Source of the DNA: Lingula anatina
Taxonomy: Eukaryota; Animalia; Brachiopoda
DNA length: 64,000 nt
Reading direction: 5' to 3'
NCBI GenBank assembly: GCA_051362555.1
Contig: CM120645.1
Location: 13,392,001 to 13,456,000, forward strand
A program made the translations under genes and the position numbers. This document shows positions 39,677 to 51,400 of the stretch, one piece after another. Each line of letters opens with the position of its first letter. Within the stretch, counting starts at the first letter, position 1. Below the pieces are notes generated by a model. That model ran no database searches, was not told where the DNA came from, and saw only the letters and a list, made by a program, of their open reading frames with translations.

Positions 39677-41735
39677 ATGGCGGGAATCACTTTTTCCAAA
39701 CGTTTTATTCTAAGCGTGTTTTCTCGAGGTTTTACAAAGAAGGCAATTTCACCGAAAATGGTGAGTGCACATTCTAAGGCCTTTACTAAATGAACATATG
39801 TATAAACATATATTTTGGGTAAAAGGAAAAATGTAGAGAATTGACTCTTTGATTTCAAAGTGCCATTGGGTCAACTTAGGTATAATTGCATGTGTAAAAG
39901 ATGTGGACTGCGCTGCACTTATTGAACAAATAGAGCGATGTGATTTTTTACAATGTTTGAATTCTTAAAGTTAATGGAATTTACATCATGTACATGTAAA
40001 TGATAAAAATGCAAGTGTGATGGGTGCTTTGGATTCAATTTATCTATATTATGCAGTCTGGCGGGAATGGTAGTCTGCTAGGAACCATAGTCCGCAGGGG
40101 CGGATCCAGGATTATATGAAGGGGGTCCGGGGATGCGAGATAGACCCCCGGTTGGCGTGGGGTTCGGGACCTGCTGGTATTTTAGAGGGCGGACGGTGTA
40201 ATTTGATATTGTTTAGAACTATAATTCAGCTAGTCAATATTCTAAATTCAAAAGGGGACGTTTTTCTTCAGAAATCGAAAGGGGGGGGGGGGGGTCAGGA
40301 CCACCCTGACCACTCATCTAAATCCGCCACCGGTTCGCTCCCTATTACTTTGTACTGGTTACATATTCGATCTATTATACTAACCCCAACACTCCGACTA
40401 ACTCTGGTATGCAGAAATCATATGGGATTTCCATTCCTAGGACTACCATTTCTGTCACAGCAGCATAGCCCATTAGCGACAAGCATAACATCTGCTTAAA
40501 ATTGATGATCTTTGTCTGCGTGGTAGCTCGGCTCATATCAACCAACGAATTAAAAATGTTCTCAAGGAAAAATCACGTTATGAAATGTATCTTTTGGATA
40601 ACCGGATGCCCAAACAAGACCATTTGAAAAGTAATCTCTTAAAATCGTAATTTTTTAATTCTTTGTATCAATAATAGAATAAATAAAGACATCCAATCTC
40701 TTCTTGTAAAAAAATCATTTTTTATAAATATTTGCATAATACGTGTACCTTGGCATTATGCTAAAATAGTTTCTTTTTATGAATTAACAAACTATTCACG
40801 ATTTTTGTAATGGAAACCACTTGTAAGATACCTATACTTAGTCGGACACAGCAGCTACGTTACTGAATGATCAGACTGTCGTTTCTCATCTTGGAATCTC
40901 ACAACTGAAACATAATTTGAAATTATTTCTGTCAATCTTTATTTACTTTGTGGTCCTAAAACTAAATCACACACAAGGGTAATAATTTATCTTAATCGAA
41001 TTAATGCAATGACTACATCTGTGACACTTATTTCAGACGCTTCATGACTACCCAAATGTTGAGGGATCGGAATACTGGAGGAGAAAAATGCGCACTTTCT
41101 TTAAGGCGATGGATTCAACCAGAGACGGATATATAACAAAGGAAGAATATAAAATGAGTGCCCATCGCCTTGCAAGTTATTTGAACCTCGATGGTAACTT
41201 ATGAACAGTATGAAGATCGCTAACGGCATAAAAAAAAACGGTATATTTAATAGAATTATTCGCAAAATAAATCCCCAACAATAACATAATATTATCGTGG
41301 AAGAGTCCATGGTTTAATTTTTTTTCAGAAAACAAAGCAAAAAAGGTGATGAAACATCGCGTAGATGTGTGGGAAGCGATAGGCAAAGATGCAAAGAATA
41401 ATGAAGCGTACAAGGTATCCGAAGACGAGTTCATATCCGACCTGCTTGCTGTCATTAACACCACCTACCGTGCATCGTTTCCAGATTTGATCAATCGTGA
41501 CTTCGACGGTTATGATATTGACGGAGACGGTTTCATCTCCCCAAAGGAGCACGAAGCGTTCTTCTACAGTTGGGGAATTCCGACGGGTTACTCGGCAGAT
41601 GCATTTAAGGCACTGGATACCGATGGCGATGGCTTGATAACCAGAGATGAATACATCCAAGGGGCGACTGATTTCATGTTTAGCGAAGATGAAAACAGCC
41701 CTTACAAAAATTTCCTGGGACCACTGCTAGAATAG
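39677..41735 (+). CDS. SCP-like EF-hand protein D with leader (intact)
   Basis: Exons 39677-39760 (MAGITFSKRFILSVFSRGFTKKAISPKM), 41037-41193 and 41329-41735. Loops DSTRDGYITKEE, DIDGDGFISPKE and DTDGDGLITRDE. Closest paralogue of C. Confidence 0.9.
40095..40332. mobile_element. Small TIR element in SCP-D intron 1
   Basis: CAGGGGCGGATCCAGG...CTAAATCCGCCACCG inverted ends, with an internal G-run. Confidence 0.6.
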
Positions 41736-42532
41736 GAAAATCATGAAACTTGGCACTGATGGTCGAGTAAGAAGGGTGAAAGTGTCTTATAAAAATTATA
41801 GAGTGGGAGAAAAAGTTCATGAATACAAGGGTGCTAAGAATATTGAGGTAGAGAGATCTGTCAGAAGATTGGGTTTATTAATTCCCATTGAAGATATGTA
41901 ATTGCTCTTAAATAATGATGCGACATTTTACGCAGAAAGCGGCGCACCTATCCAAATAAACGTTGCTCAATTCGTACAGCCCCCGACGAAACTACTAGTA
42001 TATACATTCATGTATCAAATAACGTGTATAAGTTTGTATAGGATTGACCAAATGTATACAGCGGAAAACCATTGTTCCAAATATGGGCCTTTTTTATAAG
42101 AACCGATACGCATCCAGTCGGGGTAGTGGGAATGAGATATTCTTCATAGTCGTAAACTATTCCCTGAAATTAATTAACATGATTGACTATGTATCTGATG
42201 TACAGGAGTACATGGGGTAGTGAATAAAACGACAAAAACGAAGATTGTGCTTTAAAAGTGTTCAATTTTATTGCACGAATATTAAGATGAGTACTTCAAA
42301 AAGAAAAAAAGAAGTGGAAGACTATCTTTTAAATGACGCAATTAAAACTACGCCTTTCATTATCCCTAACAGAGGTATTATTCTGGGCTTCGTCGTCAAG
42401 AACTGATAAAAATACAACTATGCATAGCCGTTAAATGTACATGTAAATGACTGCTTGCTGACCTTAAGCCGACCTGTTGTGTAATTATTAATTTGTACTT
42501 TATATATGATATTTCTCAATCATTTGCACGCA

Positions 42533-42931
42533 CGAATACTGGTTGAGAAAATTCAGCACTTTCTTTCCGGCAATGGATGTGCCCAGCGCGTTGCAACTTA
42601 TACGAACTTAGATGATAACTCATTCTTGGCATGCATTGATGATTGAATTGCGTAATTGGATTATCATAATAGCTCTTGCCAGTCAAACAGTTATGATTTT
42701 GACGGAGACGGTTTTATATCCTCAAAGTAGCTTGAAGTGTTTTTCTACAGTTGGGGAATTCCCACAGAGCACTCGGCAGGTGCATTTAAGTCAGTTGTTA
42801 TCAACGGAGATGGCTTAATAAGCAGAGAATAGTTCATTCAAGCAGGTGTTGATTTTTTGTTTGGCGAAGATGAAAACAGCCCCTACAATATGTTCTTAGA
42901 GCCACTTGCAAACGTTGCTCTTTCTCAATAA
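42533..42931 (+). pseudogene. SCP-B-type pseudogene
   Basis: A deleted exon 2 remnant, then the EF3-EF4 region with two TAG stops, ending ...EPLANVALSQ*. That end is diagnostic of SCP-B (GPLANVPLPQ*). The 3' flank also parallels 34098-35850. Confidence 0.85.
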
Positions 42932-44602
42932 TAAATTAATTTTTTCATAATGGGAATGAGGGATTTGGTTCAATAAGCACTTCTTAAATATTTTAAAGGA
43001 CACCGAGTCATATGTTTACCGATGGAAATCGCATGTCTCCAGGCTTTAGTATGATATATCCTGTCGCTATGTATACGCAGATATAATGAGCATTATTTTA
43101 CAAAGTTGTAATGTCAGCGGCTATAGCTGCTTCATCTGTTAATGGTAATGATAACTGTAATTACAATTACTGAATGGTACATTTTTCAAAAATAACCAAC
43201 ACTACCTATATTCCATATACGCATTTAGAAACTTTTTAAAGATACATGTATATGCACCTACATAATTTTAAACACACTTGCCTTAATTTTACCGATTAGA
43301 TTATTTTTGAAACTTTCCCAAGGGGATATGTGACTTCTATTTTCATCTATTGCCATATTTTTACTCTCCTTCACGTTGAATTTCATATCTCATCATCATG
43401 TATTAATCGCGCAACAATAATAATGATATTCATCATTTTTACGCACAACTTTTTATGTTAACCCTGCCTTTGATTTTATCTGTTCTAGCATGGCATGGTT
43501 TCGGCGATTCTTTGAGCATGCTTTCTGGTATTTGACTCTTATGTCCAATTGTTTCATCAAGCAACATGCATTGTACATATAGTAGCAATTTTGTTTTAAT
43601 GGAATCTGTATTCAAAACGCATATTTTCGGGGGCCATATTAAAAACTGATTTAATCCACATGCAGTGTGCAATATAACCGTGTTTTTGGTTTTATTTGCA
43701 TGTCTAATGATTAAACATTCTGTGTCTGCAACCATACAACTGTATAATAACGAAAGTTCATATCTGTAACAAAATCAATAAATATTATTTGGTTTGACAA
43801 TCATCTGTGCATATGGCCCACTCGAAAAACCGAAATGAGCAGAAAAATAATGTTTCATAAACGTTTTGTTATGTATGGATGACCTAATGTTCTAATCAGT
43901 AATCAGTAATAATCTGATTGGTGTTAAAATGCCTGATTATGAGAAAATGGACTAAGTTAAGGAAAATTAACGCCACACCTTCATCTAAGATTGTCTCAAT
44001 TTGTAACATACAGCGACACAGCTCCATTCAAACAATGTTATCCAAGCCGTCACCAAGGGAAAACGAAGATGCGTGCGCCCAAAATGTTCTTGGTTAAACA
44101 ACATCAAAAAGTGGATAGAAACAACGAGCAGAAACTGTGCAGAAACATCACGTGACCGACGGGCTTGGCGTTCCGTCTTGGCCATTGTTCGGGCCAAACT
44201 GATCGATCGACCATGTATGCCTTTTGTTTAGACAAATGGTTAATTTTGGAAGCTGCTGCGATAGCAATGTTTTTTGTCCTAGGAAATACTATAACACACC
44301 CACCAAGTCACCAGTGTGACTACATAAAGACATTTATTTTAATACACTGCGTCAGATGTGCTTGTAGCAATGTGAGGTCATATGAAACTTTATACACAGA
44401 CATGCCACCACACCCATATAAATTATGCCTGTTGACTGATAAAGTGAAAACGGGTGTTGCATTTATATGACCTGGATATTATATACCCACATCACATCAA
44501 TTTTTACCTTTGTTGTTATGAAATTATATCGAAAAGAGCATTGTGGTTTAGTTTGGCGTATATTCGAGTTGTGCAGCTGCAGCAGACGGTAGCTAAACAT
44601 CA

Positions 44603-45362
44603 ATGGCGGGAATCACTTTTTCCAAACGTCTTATTCTAGGCGTGTTTTCTCGCGGTTTTACACAGAAGGCGATTTCTCTAAAAATGGTAAGTGAACATAC
44701 AAAAGTCTTTTTTAAATGTACAATTACATAAATTTATTTTGGGTATAAAACTGACCACTTCCCTATTCTGAATGAGGCCTTAAACTATCTTTGTCCTAAA
44801 GAGATTGACCTTAAAGCATTGCAATGATCACAATTGAATTTTACTAGTGACACTTAGACGTTAGATTATCATTGCAACTTTTCTTTTTCTTTTCTAGCAT
44901 AAGAAAACGCACACTTATTACCTTGCGATTAAACCGAGGGCTTAATTGTTTCAGACAAAATGACAAAAGAGATAATCAAGATCCGTCTGAAAGCCTGGAA
45001 GGCGATCGTACAAGAAGAGAACGACGCTGAAAGCTCCAAGTTCTCTGAAGACGCCTACCTTTCCAACTTGCTCGCCGCCGTCAATACCGACTTCCGCGAA
45101 TCAATAGTTGGGTTCCTTAGTGTTGATTTTGATTCCTTGGATCTTGACGGAGACGGTTTCATCTCCCCGAAGGAACACGAAGCGTTTTTTCTCCGGCTTT
45201 GGAATTCCGATAAAACATTCTGCGGATACCTTTCAGGTGTTTGATACCGACGGCGATGGCTTGATAACCAGGGAGGAGTTCATTCAAGGAGTGGTGGAGT
45301 TCACTTTTAGCGAAGATGAAAACAGCTCTTACAATTGCTTATTTGGGCCACTCATTGACTAA
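44603..45362 (+). pseudogene. SCP-like gene E: leader exon and exon 3, exon 2 missing, +1 frameshift
   Basis: Exon 1 at 44603-44686 (MAGITFSKRLILGVFSRGFTQKAISLKM) lies only 268 bp before exon 3 at 44955-45362, and no exon 2 sequence is between them. There is an extra T in GCGTTTTTTCTCC at ~45185-45190. Confidence 0.85.
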
Positions 45363-45912
45363 ACAATTCTTAATGAACTTTTCAGTGATACAAACAAATG
45401 TAAATAAAGTCTGATCTTTCAAAAAACTACTGTGAGGGTTAGCCAGAAAACTTCTTATTTACTGCCTTACATACATTTTTGGGATATAGATAAATCTAAT
45501 GTTCACTGATTAAATTCTTTATCATTTACACAAATGTCATCTTACTGATGGTGTCAGTTTTTCGAATTTGGACTAAAAAAGAAATGGACATCAGTTTCTC
45601 AAAATTCTCTTTGACCTGAGCACTCAAAAGCACCGTTAAACGCAAATTAATGACACAGCTTTGAGTATACTTTATACTTTATCGTTAAAAAGGCAAAATG
45701 AAACCTTTGTTCAATGGCGCATTGTAATAAGGCGCTAATAATTCGCTTACAAAACATTTAAACCAAAATGATGGCACGAGATTGAAGCTAATACACTTAA
45801 TAAAAAGGTGACAATGTTTTATATTTTCGAGGGGGGGGTTATTGTTTTTAATAGGCAGATGCATAATTGAAAAATAAGGTGCAGATAAAACCTCATTTTC
45901 GGCACCATAAAC

Positions 45913-46128
45913 CATTGACGGCGACCGTTTCATTTCCCCGAAGGAACACGAAGCGTATTTCTTCGGCTTTGGTATAAAACATTCTGAGGATACTTTTAAG
46001 GTGTTGGATACTGACGGTGATGGCTTGATTAGCAGAAATGAGTTGACTCAAGGAGCGGTGGATTTAGCTTTAATCGAAGATAAAAAAGCCCTTACAATTG
46101 CTTTTTCGGCCCACTTGTGAAAGAATAA
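45913..46128 (+). pseudogene. SCP-like EF3-EF4 fragment (E/F type)
   Basis: ATTGACGGCGACCGTTTCATTTCCCCGAAGGAACACGAAGCG...TGCTTTTTCGGCCCACTTGTG, with indels. Confidence 0.85.
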
Positions 46129-46236
46129 GTGATAAATACAATGACACATGCAACGTCACGGTGTATGATTAGTAAACACAGTATTAAATACGATTTGCAT
46201 GGAGATGGCATGCCGATGCAAAGATGGACATCAGCA

Positions 46237-46270
<34 letters not shown>

Positions 46271-46667
46271 TGATGATGATGAAAGTTCAATAATAATAAA
46301 TTTATTTAAAGTTTATTTTCTGCTTAACATACAGTTTCTTGAATAAATATTATATGAATCTTCAGTGCTTACCGAAATAATTCCTTAGCATATACAAACT
46401 GTACACAAATGGCATCATACCAATGACGTTATAAATACACTTTGGGGGTAGAAATTAATAATCGTTTTCTCAAATTTCTCCTTTTCCTGGGCACCCGGGT
46501 ACACTGTTCCAATGTTAATTTAATGACAGCAGTAAGTACTTCAAAATCTTGCCAGCTATTTATGATAAAAAACTTAGTTCGGATTTTATAGTTAATAAAG
46601 CTAAAAATTCCTTTGTATAATGAAAATCTGTCAATCGGGGACAATAACTCCATATCAACAATATTTC

Positions 46668-46774
46668 AAGTATAAATATTTTGATGCGTCTAGAAAGATC
46701 TACATAATAGTTGTTGGACTGTAGTCAACAACTATTATGTAGATCTTTCTAGATGCATCAAAATATTTATACTT
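46668..46774. repeat. 107-bp near-perfect palindrome
   Basis: AAGTATAAATATTTTGATGCGTCTAGAAAGATCTACATAATAGTTGTTGGACT-GT-AGTCAACAACTATTATGTAGATCTTTCTAGATGCATCAAAATATTTATACTT, with one mismatch and one bulge. Confidence 0.95.
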
Positions 46775-47409
46775 CTATTATTACCAAGATCTATACGGAG
46801 AATCAACATGAATCCTATCAACCAACGTGACAGCAAGGGATTGGAGCCCACGCACTTGCTGTCGCTTTTGCCAAATAAAAGGGTAATGGTTAGATAATTA
46901 AACTAAAAAATAAATGGCAAAGGAATTAAATTACGAACGGCTGGAGAGATTGTGTTTACTCACTGCTGTTTACATGTACTTTTGAATTTTGAGGTAAGAA
47001 CTTGTGCAGGGATGGAATTACGCCCCGTACCGATTGCCATAGTAGTGCATTTCATCACAAAATAAACAATGTTGAATTGACGACAAAAGCACCGAGGTGC
47101 CTATATTTATGCTTAGCAAAGAAAAACATAAACGCCGATATTTAAGAATTCTTAAGGGATGTTTATTGTTTTTAATCCACATGATGGTATAAAAAAATGC
47201 ACGGAAAACTTATTTGGGATGATCATAAAAACTTCTCAATATCACTAAAAACACAGTTACTAACATATGTAAAAATAAAGAAAAATGTAAAGAACTTTTT
47301 AGATTACAGTAAACACAATACGCAATTCCTGTGCTCGTCCTGTTGGTCATCGCGCCGCTCTCCAACTTTCTCTTTTCCGTACTTTCGTTATCCAGTGTCA
47401 CGGGTTCTG

Positions 47410-47555
47410 GGCCCCGTAACTCGAAAGCATCGCGTATGGCGAATAGCGATATCACATAGAGGCTACAACGTAAATATGGGGCGAGTATGGGCGAATTATG
47501 GAATCGAGACGCTTGCGCTCGGTTGAAATGCACGATGCTTTCGAGTTACGGGGCC
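47410..47555. mobile_element. 146-bp MITE with 23-bp perfect TIR and CTG target duplication (PIF/Harbinger-like)
   Basis: CTG|GGCCCCGTAACTCGAAAGCATCG...CGATGCTTTCGAGTTACGGGGCC|CTG. The paralogous empty site GTCACGGGATCTGAACG at ~59814-59830 has a single CTG. Confidence 0.9.
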
Positions 47556-47954
47556 CTGAACGTTTCGGTGGGACTCGTAAATATAGTGTACCGGTAATTG
47601 GTCATGTACAGCGTCGGGGCTTGGGTAATGAACCGTTTGTAGAGCCGATAAAAACTCGTCGCCGATTCTCACACAAATGGAGTGGATAATTGTTTCGGTT
47701 GAAGCTTCGGGCGTTGATGATTGTATCTGAAGTAATGCAAAGATGGACGTCAGCAGATAGAACACAAAACATCAACTGCCATCTAATACAAGCTACAATT
47801 ATCCTTTGTTAACAAAGGGTAATATCAACACGCAATGCACACTATTTTTTGTTTCCATATGTACTAGCATCTTATAACACGATATTTTGACCCCCTAGCG
47901 TTCCTTTTGTTTGCAAACAAAACATGTCACACGCTACATTATCTTGATCTAAAA

Positions 47955-48138
47955 AGTGACCGCGGTCACCATTGCTGTGCTTTCACAAAGGTCGCCTGCC
48001 TGTGACACTGGAACTAACACTGCACTGCAGACAGTGACCACTGCATAAAAGGAGGTGGATATCAGTGTGAGAAAATCCAGTTTAGTGGGCGTCAGTCATA
48101 CGTACTCATACCTTGGCCAAAAGCACCGTAAGCAAAAG
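47955..48138 (+). promoter_or_regulatory. Promoter and non-coding exon 0 of SCP-F
   Basis: CATAAAA at 48044-48050 and donor AAG|GTAAGT at 48138/48139. The block is strongly conserved with 60770-60950, upstream of SCP-G. Confidence 0.65.
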
Positions 48139-48485
48139 GTAAGTGAATTCTGTCACACTGCACATATATTTGTGAAGTGGCGTTTTCCCGATACAAATGT
48201 ATCATATTCACTAACCGATCCTGAGGTGACTCTATTATATAATTTCCAATTTCTTCCATACTACATTCAAATTTATCTTCAGTGTTATTCAGCGTTAGAT
48301 TTTTATGTCTCCTCCAACCGACGAAATTATTTGAACTGAAGATTTAAGTTGAAGATTGGGGATACCTTTTAGCTTAATCGTATCGTGCGCGTTAATAGAA
48401 TGGATCGAGCGCAAAATAGGGTCAGGCAGTGACGCCGCATGATAAATAAGTATCAACATGTGCCTAAATGGAGACTACCCCTCTA

Positions 48486-51400
48486 TAGGTGAGCGGCAAA
48501 ACCCCAAAAAGTGCTTTATTTAAGGAGTTTAGTGTCCCCTTTATACACAGACCTGAATTATATATCATTTGAAAGCTCAGAGTCTGCTGGTCAAAGTTAG
48601 CCATGATGTGGAAATGGCAATTGCCTGCATAACCATGGAAACGGACAATTTCCAAGATGGCCGCCTGTTTTTTTGCATTTTTTCTAAAAATACAAATCAT
48701 TGATAAACATACCTAAAACATTGTCTATCATCTAACCTTTACATGTTTTGTGATGAGGGAAGTTATGGGCTTAAAAAAACACCATAGCAGGATTTCAAGA
48801 TGGCCGCCGTTTTCAAGATGGCCGCCATTGTCTATGAAAAATTGGTCAAATTTTCTCATTTTATTCCAAATCTTTACATATAGAATCAAAACTGTGGTGT
48901 CCACAAAATAGTTATTGCATGAATTATACAAAGTAGGTATATTTTCATTTAGTTATGGCATTTGGTTAAATTTGGGGGATGGTAAAGCAGTCAATTTTCA
49001 AATATTCAACATGGCCACCATGAAATGCCTATTTCCATGAGGTAGGCTTTTGTGCACTTAAATAATCAAAAAAATTATTTTTATTACCAAGCTCAAAACA
49101 TATTTTTGCTAGATGCTAGATTTTACATGATGCTTCATACAACTTCTTCAAAATGGCCACCATTTTCAAGATGGCCACCGTTTTCAAAATGGCTACCATC
49201 ATTTGTGAAAAGTGTTCGAATTTGCTCATTTTATTCCAAATCTTTACATATAAAATCAAAACCATAATGTCCATATGACTATTATGGAATGAATTATACA
49301 AAGCAGTCATTAATTTATTACATTATGGTATTTGGTTTCACTTCAGTGATATTTTAGCAGTCATTTCTTAAATATTCAAAATGACTCACTGCCATGAAAT
49401 GCAAATTTCCGTAACTTGGGATTTGATTCAGCTAAATCATCAAATAAATAATTTTTGTGTCCAAGCTCTCATTCATATTTGTGCTAGATGCTACTTGATG
49501 CTTAATACATCTTCAAGATGGCCACCATTTTCAAGATGGCTGCCAAATGATGTTTTTTTTCTCAAAATTGTATTACGCACATCTAAAGGATGAAATTATT
49601 CGCAAAGCATTACTACATATATGGTTGTAAAAGAAAAATAATTGTAAGATATGTGCTATTACTGCAACTTTTCACTTATAATAAACAATTTTTGGATTTT
49701 CCAATATTTATATGTACTAACACATGTTAAGTCAAGTCAAAGTTAATACTGTGTTTCTTGTTGTGAACCTTTGTGCACGATTGTCACAGTAAAAAGAAAT
49801 CCCATAGTTTGGAAATATGTAGACAATTTTTTAAAAAATTATTTTTTTTTGATCTATCAAATTTAATGTATTTACCAATACCAAAATGTCTGTCATATTA
49901 AAACAGGAACCTATCTGTATTTGAAGTGCATCAGTCCATATAACCCACTGCAAATCCATGATGCATTTCTGCGGTCTACATTTATCAAGTTGACTTCTCA
50001 GTAAAGAAAGGAGCACATAAATACACTATTTTGCCGCTTCAATTATCTTCAAAATTTTATCTCAGTACATTTCTAAGTACCCATACTCTCATATATACCT
50101 TAAAATGCTTGTGCCTGCATGCGTTATCTACTCACACACACCCACGAACACATATACATGCTAAACCCTTAACATGTTCTTTGTATCTACATTAGTGACC
50201 TGTCACTCATGCTCTTTCATCAAAATCATAATCAATTTCAATACATGTCCCCAGAGAATATGGATTCTGACATATCTAGTAGGTACACTGGGTCCTCTGA
50301 GCATAGTTTGTCACAAACAATTTGGGCAACATTGCCCTTACTGACACAAGCTGAAATGACCTGCAGCTGACACAAGTGCACCCTGTTCTAACAAAGTTTA
50401 AAAGAAGAGCTTGAAGGAGGCAGTCCCAAAACTGAAATTAGGAAATTCCCCTCATCCCCAGGCCTGGGAATCTGAGAAATTTGGCAGCAAATCTTCAGAC
50501 ATACTCTCAGATACATGTTGGTCACCCATAAAACCCACAGCACAAGACTTGTAAAACTCCTACACATTTGACACCTCATACCACATCAACTGTGAAACTT
50601 CGCTATTCTTTCTTTGGTACCAAAATAAAAAGCTGAAAATCTGAGAGATATCAAAGCTTTAAATGCCAAAGTAAGCCCTCTTATTGCCATGTTGAATTGT
50701 TTTCCACACAACCCTCTGCGCTGAAGTGGATGCTGCATAAACATCAGACTCTACAATGCCTACCAATGGTCAACAAATCTGCAACGGCCCAAATTTTCCC
50801 AATAGAAGCAATGAAGCATGACAGTGTATGGGAACCACCCATACAAATGACATGGCAACCAAACTCTTCAGGAAAAGACCAGTTTATTTGTTGGGCTATG
50901 GCATATAGCTGTTGGTCGTCCGTTTGTACAGCAAATTGCTGTGCAAGTGAAGCACTCGTACCCCAACACTTCAACATTGTGGTGTAAAATGTGTACATGT
51001 CATTAGGTTTAACATCAAGAAGTGGCATATATGCAACTGCAGTAGAGGTCGTTTTCTTCACAGACAGCTGATTGAATCCTGTCCGAAAAGAAATGACCTG
51101 CAGGTGCAAAAGCTAAACTTTATTGTTTACAGGTAGGAGATTTCAATGGGACATTCATAAAAGACTCCATGCAATAACTTTAACTTGCATTACATTCTCT
51201 TTGTAATAATTGAGCTGTTCTAAAACCTCTCTTCTTGGTGGCTAAGCAAGTGTCTTAGGTTTCTAAAATGGTGTGCATTCCATTGGTGAATTGAATTTAT
51301 CAGAGAGAGCAAGTGACTTGGACTTCCCAACTTCTAATGGGATTCTTTTACGTACTCACAGGGAGGTGTAGAACTTGCTTTTGAAAAACTACTGGCTCAC

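Noticed and set aside
34572-43735. Similar short ORFs at 34572/34627 and 43439 (QIPESMLKESPKPC)
   Set aside because: They lie in the duplicated intergenic spacer, their starts, ends and frames are not conserved, and no splice structure or known domain is evident.
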